NCBI GenBank assembly: GCA_964619725.1
Contig: CAZUFC010000186.1
Span: forward strand, 1-12,949
Reading direction: 5' to 3'
DNA length: 12,949 nt
Source: an uncultured bacterium
GTDB lineage: Bacteria; CSSED10-310; CAZUFC01
Shown here: positions 7,496-12,949 of the stretch, piece by piece
Layout: each line of letters begins with the position of its first letter
Position numbering within the stretch: position 1 is the stretch's first letter
Notes under the pieces: generated by a model
Told to the model about the DNA's origin: nothing
The model's database searches: none
The model's input: the letters and a program-made list of their open reading frames with translations, nothing else
Position numbers and translations under genes: made by a program

Positions 7496-8800
7496 TCATA
7501 GCCGAATTTTCAAAGTCTCCTTCGCTCTTCCGGCTGCTTCCAGAGCGCTTTTTATCGCGTACGCGGCAATCATCTCACGATTCGTCAAAATATTAGCATC
7601 TTTTCTCTGTATCATGTCGATGAAATGTCGGGCGGCATTTTCATATGCGGTTTCCCAGTCCGATATTAACCCGCATGAGGAGCCCAGGAAGCCGGTTCTT
7701 TGTCCCGTCCTTACTGTTATGGGAGCATCCTGGGTTCTTTCGGCCATACCTCTTGTTAGAAATATGATGCCGTCTGAGCCGGCGATTTCCGCCTCCAGGT
7801 CGTAGGGTTTGTTTTGAGAATAAATAAACATTTCCGGGGCATAGGTGCATTCCAGCAATCCGTATCTTCCCGGATATTCGTATTTGCAGTTTATCAGCGC
7901 CTGACCCCCTTTTTCCGTCATTTTATTCATGTAAACGTTTATTTCCGCGACTTCACCGCCGAAGAACGCCATCAGAAGAAAATGATCGAAGCCGGGATGA
8001 TTGATATAATTCATCTCACCTGGAATTTCCGGGTCCTCTTTTCCCCCTCTGCCGCCCACAGTCGCCCTCACTCTTATGGAGCAAACTTCGCCGATGACGT
8101 CTCCACGAATCATATCGCCTGTCTTCTTCACCGGCGGGTAATGCAACATTGGATAATACAGCCGGAACGGCGTTTTCTCCGCTTCTGAACATTCGATTAT
8201 CCTCTTCAGCATATCAGGAGAACTTATCATGCTGTAATGCAAGGAGACGGATATTCCCCTTCTCAGGATATTTTCTATAGCGACGGAATCCGGTTCTGAA
8301 CCCGGACCGATCTCCAATCCTGTGATGGGAACGACTATGTTCGTAATATCGCCGATTCCATATACATTCCTGCAGGCCGGATTCAATTTATAGCTGTTCA
8401 GCAGTCTGTACGTTTCCGGTCCTGATCCTGCTACTCCCAGATTAACATAACCGTCGCAGATGTTTTTCCCCTTCCCTGATTTTCTCTTTACCGGCTTTAC
8501 GTTTAATGGCGGGGCTTTTAAGAGAACCTGATGCTTTATCATACCCTTGATCAGCGCCTGGAACTGTTCGGTTCTGCCTTCCAGCAGCATGCGGCGGACA
8601 GCCCGGGCTCCCTGTTCATCATTCTTCATTATTTCAATCAGATCATCCGGCACGAGAGTCGCGTTTTTGTCTTTATTAACTGTCCTGATGATTTTTCTCA
8701 TGATTTTGAGAAGGAACAGAATGAAAGAATCCGGCAGCCGCGCCGTCAGTCTCAGCGCTGCAACAGCTATAAACGATAGGATGTCAAGCGACTTATTCAT
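7496..8800 (-). CDS. Degenerate Gfo/Idh/MocA-family oxidoreductase-like protein with ~115-aa N-terminal amphipathic extension
   Basis: Aligns by eye to the adjacent 380-aa protein (YPPVKKTGDMIRGDVIGEV vs YPAYVKAKELIEAGEIGDM; EIAGSDGIIFLT vs NITGTRGMISLT; SDWETAY vs SDWQASF). It lacks the xKP motif and has a shortened Rossmann fold. The ORF is uninterrupted and overlaps the upstream gene by 8 nt. Confidence 0.75.
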   Translation of the reverse strand: MNKSLDILSFIAVAALRLTARLPDSFILFLLKIMRKIIRTVNKDKNATLVPDDLIEIMKNDEQGARAVRRMLLEGRTEQFQALIKGMIKHQVLLKAPPLNVKPVKRKSGKGKNICDGYVNLGVAGSGPETYRLLNSYKLNPACRNVYGIGDITNIVVPITGLEIGPGSEPDSVAIENILRRGISVSLHYSMISSPDMLKRIIECSEAEKTPFRLYYPMLHYPPVKKTGDMIRGDVIGEVCSIRVRATVGGRGGKEDPEIPGEMNYINHPGFDHFLLMAFFGGEVAEINVYMNKMTEKGGQALINCKYEYPGRYGLLECTYAPEMFIYSQNKPYDLEAEIAGSDGIIFLTRGMAERTQDAPITVRTGQRTGFLGSSCGLISDWETAYENAARHFIDMIQRKDANILTNREMIAAYAIKSALEAAGRAKETLKIRL

Positions 8801-9935
8801 TTTTTACGTCGTTCCGCAAATCCTTGCATTTTGAATTATCACCGAGCAATTCTCTTTTTACGATATCGTCGGTGACGTCGCGGGGAAGAAATTCGATTCC
8901 CTTTTTTGAAGCGATGATCAGGGCATACGCGAACTTGAGTATGTCCAGGGCGCGTTGAGCGCTGATGAGCGTATCTCTGCCTTCCATAATGGATAGGGGG
9001 AAATCCCTTATTCCTGCGGTGAAACTGGCCTGCCAGTCGCTCTCCATATCCTCGAACAGATAACGTTTTCCGTCGCGGTAAAGAACTAGCGGAGCCTGGT
9101 CCATGAGTTTGCCGGTACAGCATGTCAGGCTTATCATACCTCTGGTTCCCGTTATATTGATCCTTTCGTCGGCCGGGAAATACCTGGAGCACACGTTTAA
9201 ATTCGGCGAAAAGGCAATATCGAAGCTCCCGAGCGTCGGGGAGTTCTTGTAACGCCAGATGAGCTGGGCCGGTTCGTCGATATAAACGAAAGACCTGTCG
9301 ATGAATCCTTTTACGGATTCTATTTCTCCGCCCAGGTGTACGGCCATGGACAGCTTGTGATATCCGTCGTCGAAAACAGCCTGCCCCATCCCTTTCTCGC
9401 TCTCCAGAAGATGCCACAATTCAGTCCTCAAAGGTATCCAGCGCGATCCGAAAAGTCCCGTACCCAGCTTGAAGCGAATCGTCAGCATGTCGCCTATTTC
9501 ACCGGCTTCAATAAGCTCCTTTGCCTTTACATAAGCCGGATAAAAAACGAAATTTTCAAAGATGCGGAGTTTTCCCGGATTGCGCTTTTCCGCTGCTATC
9601 ATCGATTCGGCCTCTTGAATCCTGACCGCAATGGGTTTCTGACACGCCACGTGCTTGCCTGCCTCAAGCGCCTCCGTCACAAATTTTTCATGAAGATCAT
9701 GCGGCGTATTAACTTCAACGATGTCTATCTCCGGATCATCAATTATTTGCCTGTAATCCGTCGTAACGAAAGGCGCCTTCCATTCCCTGCGGCGTCTCTC
9801 CAGCAACTCTTTCTCCACATCGCAGATGCTCTTTACCTCTGCCGCCTCAAAATCCTGATATGCTTTCCAGTGAAGATCGGCAATATCTCCGGCGCCGATC
9901 ATTCCCACCAGCATTTTTCGATTTTTAATCGCCAT
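8793..9935 (-). CDS. Gfo/Idh/MocA-family NAD(P)-dependent oxidoreductase
   Basis: Rossmann VGMIGAGDIA, DPEIDIVEVNTPHDLH, ALEAGKHVACQKP (QKP variant of EKP), GEIGD and catalytic-region FDDGYH. Confidence 0.92.
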   Translation of the reverse strand: MAIKNRKMLVGMIGAGDIADLHWKAYQDFEAAEVKSICDVEKELLERRRREWKAPFVTTDYRQIIDDPEIDIVEVNTPHDLHEKFVTEALEAGKHVACQKPIAVRIQEAESMIAAEKRNPGKLRIFENFVFYPAYVKAKELIEAGEIGDMLTIRFKLGTGLFGSRWIPLRTELWHLLESEKGMGQAVFDDGYHKLSMAVHLGGEIESVKGFIDRSFVYIDEPAQLIWRYKNSPTLGSFDIAFSPNLNVCSRYFPADERINITGTRGMISLTCCTGKLMDQAPLVLYRDGKRYLFEDMESDWQASFTAGIRDFPLSIMEGRDTLISAQRALDILKFAYALIIASKKGIEFLPRDVTDDIVKRELLGDNSKCKDLRNDVKNE

Positions 9936-9950
9936 GAGGAACCGGTTCTT

Positions 9951-11201
9951 TTAGAAATGGTAATGTAACGCCAGGCTCAGTTCCGTGTTGTTTCCTTTGC
10001 CTTCCCCGTTTGTGGGCGGGAAAGTTTCGCTGTTGTCGATGTCCTTGTGTTCATACTGATTATGAACGAACGCGAAATTCATGTTGGTGCGCGCGGAATA
10101 TTGCCAGGTCATGCCGAGAGCGAAACCGTAAAGATCAGACTGAGGATTCTCCAGCGAATACGTTTTGTCCGGAATAGGAGAAAAATCATATTGAAGTCCT
10201 CCGGTTATTCCGTATTTATCCGTCCATTGGTACCGGAATCCGCAGCCTATATTATAGGAATCGCTGTAATCCTTGACCGCGCTTAAATCAATAAACATCT
10301 CAGGTTCCGTGCGGGTCTTCTGTACGTCGTACACGGAATAGTCCCAATAGGAAATGTCCAGTCCCATTTCAAATTTGGGCGTGAACTGATAGTTCAATCC
10401 CAGCCTTAGAGACATGGGAATAGGCATTTCAGTGTATTGGGTCCCATCAATGTCGATGTTTCCATAATCGAATTTGAAGGGTCCTTCCATCGTCAAGTCG
10501 ACCTGAGGCGTCCAGGACAGCCCTATATGAAGTTTTCTGACGGGACGGTAAAGCAAACCGATTATTCCGCCGACAGCATGCTCTTCACCTTCGACTTCCA
10601 GGTCTCCTTCCAACTGATCCTCGTCCGGGTTCTCCCAGTCGCCGAATTTCCTGTTGCCGTATAAACTGACGTAGATATAAGACAGACCCGCGCCGACAGA
10701 AAATTTATCCGTCAGTTTATAGGCTAAGGCAGGCGTTACGTAACCCGTGATGAACCAACCCTTTATCACATGGAACCTGGTGGGAGCATCTTCGGGAAGC
10801 GAAGCCCCGTAAAAATTCGGGAAATAGAACCCTATGCCGAAGGTTAAACGGTCGCTCCCGAAATCATCCGTATATCCGACAAAAGGCGCCATGCCCGCCG
10901 CTATATCAGGCGTTACCTTTTCTGAAGTCGTCCCGTCGCTGTAACGCAACTTGAACTTCGTATGCACTGAAGCCAACAACAGACTGGAATAAAAACTCCT
11001 CCCCTTCTGCTCGGCCAGCCCAGCAGGATTGTGATAAACCGCTGTCGGATCAAAAGGCTTGCCCACTATGCTCAACATGCAGCAACGCATGCCGCCTATG
11101 TCCAGATTCGCAAAACCGCCCGCCTTTACTTCACTCGTTTGCACACCCAACAATAAAATTACAGTTACAAATGCGCCTATGACGAATATTGAACGATACA
11201 T
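9951..11201 (-). CDS. FadL/OmpP1/TodX-family outer-membrane channel for hydrophobic compounds
   Basis: Sec signal peptide ending in VKA, and hatch with DPTAVYHNPAGL (NPA motif). PALAYKLTDKFSVGAGLSY, amphipathic beta strands and GLQYDFSPIP. C-terminal aromatic Bam signal LHYHF. ATG 11201 has GGAGG 8 nt upstream, preferred over TTG 11225. Confidence 0.9.
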   Translation of the reverse strand: MYRSIFVIGAFVTVILLLGVQTSEVKAGGFANLDIGGMRCCMLSIVGKPFDPTAVYHNPAGLAEQKGRSFYSSLLLASVHTKFKLRYSDGTTSEKVTPDIAAGMAPFVGYTDDFGSDRLTFGIGFYFPNFYGASLPEDAPTRFHVIKGWFITGYVTPALAYKLTDKFSVGAGLSYIYVSLYGNRKFGDWENPDEDQLEGDLEVEGEEHAVGGIIGLLYRPVRKLHIGLSWTPQVDLTMEGPFKFDYGNIDIDGTQYTEMPIPMSLRLGLNYQFTPKFEMGLDISYWDYSVYDVQKTRTEPEMFIDLSAVKDYSDSYNIGCGFRYQWTDKYGITGGLQYDFSPIPDKTYSLENPQSDLYGFALGMTWQYSARTNMNFAFVHNQYEHKDIDNSETFPPTNGEGKGNNTELSLALHYHF

Positions 11202-11225
11202 CCTTCTATCCTCCCCGCTGTTCAA

Positions 11226-12377
11226 TCATTTATAAAGGTGAAATTCCGTCATGCCCGTTCCCCGGATAGGTCGGGTCTCGTCGTTCCTGACCAGAGTCAG
11301 ATCGAACGTCGCAAGACATCGATGCTGCCAGGGTTCGCCGTAAATTATTTCCACGATTTTTCTGACCAGCCAGGAAAATCGCTGCAATACGTTAAAAGCG
11401 TCTAATGAACGTTTTCTTGTTATAACGCCTTCCAATTTTAACTCTTCATTCTCCAGGGTGAGTTCATAAGCAGTCGGCATTTTATACCCGGATTCCTCGT
11501 TTATTTTTTCTTCCAGGACGCGAAAATCAAATTCGCAACCGTTATAAAGAATGTCGCCGTCGCAGGTGACCGCCATAACCTGCTGCACAGGTTCAGAATA
11601 TTCTTCTTTTAAGCCGATCTGAAACAGTTTCACCGCACACTCCGGTGTAATCAAAGTCATTACATGCCAGTATTGCGAAAATTCAGGGACCTTCTTGCGC
11701 GATTTGCCGTGATCCAGGTAACCGCAGCCCTTGAAATCACACTTAACGCCCTCTCCTGTGATAACGCCCGTAACTTTCGCCTGCAAAGCCGGCAGTCCGA
11801 CTCGCCAGAAACGATCATCTTCCTCGTCGCCTATCGATAACTGACCGTTGCCCAATAATATCGGTTCCACCTGGGGTAAAACAAAAAAATCAACAGTTAG
11901 CTCCGGCGTCTTCAACAAAACCCTGTAACCTTCTCCCTCCTTGCGGCAGTAGCTCTCACCAGCCTCTATATCAAAGCGCCCTTTCTCCCCGGAAACCGCT
12001 TTCCTGGTGCATTCCGCATGACCGGACAATTTTTCTCCGGAACTGGGATAATAGAAAACGTCCGTCGTTCCGTCCAATGTCCTACCCGGCCGATAGTTGG
12101 AAAGCGAAATCATCCCCGTCACCAGGTTCTCCTTTTCGTCCACAGCGTATAAAAACCACGTTTCGCCGTAAGAACCGTCCTCTTCCGGCTGAAAACCTGT
12201 AACGTATTCCCTTAGAAAATCATCCGGCAACGGATAATCGGCATTCCCGGCAAGCCGCTCGAATCGGACAGGTATTTTCTCCGTCCGCGCAGAGTCTAAA
12301 GGGACAAGACAAAGGCAGAAAATAATAAAATAGAGACAACGCTCTAACCTTCTTTTATTCTTCCCGTTCGTTTTCAT
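11226..12377 (-). CDS. Exported beta-rich protein, probably AttH/CrtC/tocopherol-cyclase/Svf1-like (double lipocalin-like barrel) fold
   Basis: Basic n-region plus hydrophobic h-region (signal peptide or anchor). Pattern YGETWFLYA ... GCGYLDHG ... QYWHVM ... GYKMPTAYEL ... GTGMTEF resembles the E-W-W-Y / G-x-G-Y-x-D-H / W-x-W / Y-x-x-P / G-x-G-x-x-E series I recall for this superfamily. The family call is from memory of motifs. Confidence 0.6.
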   Translation of the reverse strand: MKTNGKNKRRLERCLYFIIFCLCLVPLDSARTEKIPVRFERLAGNADYPLPDDFLREYVTGFQPEEDGSYGETWFLYAVDEKENLVTGMISLSNYRPGRTLDGTTDVFYYPSSGEKLSGHAECTRKAVSGEKGRFDIEAGESYCRKEGEGYRVLLKTPELTVDFFVLPQVEPILLGNGQLSIGDEEDDRFWRVGLPALQAKVTGVITGEGVKCDFKGCGYLDHGKSRKKVPEFSQYWHVMTLITPECAVKLFQIGLKEEYSEPVQQVMAVTCDGDILYNGCEFDFRVLEEKINEESGYKMPTAYELTLENEELKLEGVITRKRSLDAFNVLQRFSWLVRKIVEIIYGEPWQHRCLATFDLTLVRNDETRPIRGTGMTEFHLYK

Positions 12378-12428
12378 CCGTTAATTCCGATTACTTTCAG
12401 AATTTTCCTTTTCTGGAAAAGCCGTTAC

Positions 12429-12457
12429 AAAATACATTCAATAACCTTTCACGTCAA
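12429..12457 (-). promoter_or_regulatory. Probable sigma70 promoter for the four-gene minus-strand operon
   Basis: The minus strand reads TTGACG (12457-12452), 17 nt, TATTTT (12434-12429), about 50 nt upstream of ATG 12377. Confidence 0.5.
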
Positions 12458-12632
12458 GTGCAGGCATCGACGTCTCTTAAATTCAAATAGAATAAAAATG
12501 CATTTTCCGAAATCTTCCAGAAGAGCGCCGGACGTATCAGTGACTGTCCTGAAGTAAATCAAAGCCAACGTAATTCGTGCGCTCGAATGGCCGGGTAATT
12601 TAAATTCTGTGGGGACACTATTTTTCCGGAAG

Positions 12633-12649
12633 GCAGGCTGGAAGCCTGC
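12633..12649. repeat. Short perfect hairpin, REP-like
   Basis: GCAGGCT-GGA-AGCCTGC, a 7-bp inverted repeat in intergenic DNA with no U-tract. Confidence 0.5.
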
Positions 12650-12903
12650 ATTAACAGCACGGAGGGTTCGTCGAAATCCTACCTTCTAAAACCCGGAAGC
12701 GGTTTCAGCGCTTCTCCTGTCGGCCATTGAGCGCAGCGAATCTCCTTTCGGCAATACGGCGTACAGGCGTTACATTTGACCGACCCTTTTCGGTTGCACC
12801 AATGTTTGCTTTTTTGATCGAGGCTTATTGGGGTTACGGGCGGATTTATACTTTTAGATTGCGCTTTAATCAATACCTGAAAATCTATTCTTTGCCTCTT
12901 CTC

Positions 12904-12932
12904 TTTTCGCGTAAATTCGCCTGATTTCGCGG
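12904..12932. repeat. Triple TTCGC direct repeat with exact 10-nt period
   Basis: TTCGC at 12906, 12916 and 12926 (ttttcgcgtaaattcgcctgatttcgcgg). Confidence 0.5.
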
Positions 12933-12949
12933 ACAATTATCCTGCAAAA

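Noticed and set aside
8440-8467. TTATGTTAAT on the minus strand resembles the XerD arm of dif
   Set aside because: It lies within a coding region (GYVNL), there is no XerC arm at 6-nt spacing, and it is far from the skew change.
8839-9968. 192-aa alternative-frame ORF (8839-9417, -) and 210-aa antisense ORF (9336-9968, +)
   Set aside because: Both overlap the Gfo/Idh/MocA gene and have the motif-free, off-frame-like composition expected of shadow ORFs.
12657-12687. GCACGGAGGGTTCG-TCGA-AATCCTACCTTCT resembles a tRNA T-arm or 3' half (possible att relic)
   Set aside because: The T-loop is interrupted by extra bases, there is no acceptor stem, CCA or 5' half, and no integrase is in the window.
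12679-12936. 85-aa Cys-containing minus-strand ORF (CNAC...C) and the opposite 65-aa ORF at 12727-12924
   Set aside because: Both have TTG starts and no SD, run through hairpins and repeats, and the Cys spacing matches no metal-binding motif I recognise.

Overview
This is a chromosomal window from what is probably an anaerobic diderm bacterium, inferred from the 2-oxoacid:ferredoxin oxidoreductase, the heptose-kinase homologue and the FadL-type beta-barrel. It has three blocks. (1) 270-3730 (+): a P-loop NTPase of unknown function followed by a four-subunit Vor-type 2-oxoacid:ferredoxin oxidoreductase (delta, alpha, beta, gamma). (2) 3805-7482: a divergent pair, each with a clear sigma70 promoter. 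One is a stand-alone HldA/RfaE-I heptose-7-phosphate kinase homologue whose ATP-site motifs are eroded. The other is a class A PBP (PBP1A) with an acidic insertion in the transpeptidase domain. (3) 12377-7496 (-): a tightly packed four-gene operon and the best candidate for an undescribed system. It encodes an exported AttH/CrtC/Svf1-like beta protein, a FadL/TodX-family outer-membrane channel, an intact Gfo/Idh/MocA dehydrogenase, and an overlapping degenerate paralogue with an extra N-terminal amphipathic domain. I infer uptake and oxidation of a lipid-like substrate. The last ~550 nt are non-coding and carry hairpins and REP-like relics. I found no rRNA, intact tRNA, CRISPR array or transposase. 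All family calls come from motif recognition by eye; no searches were run.
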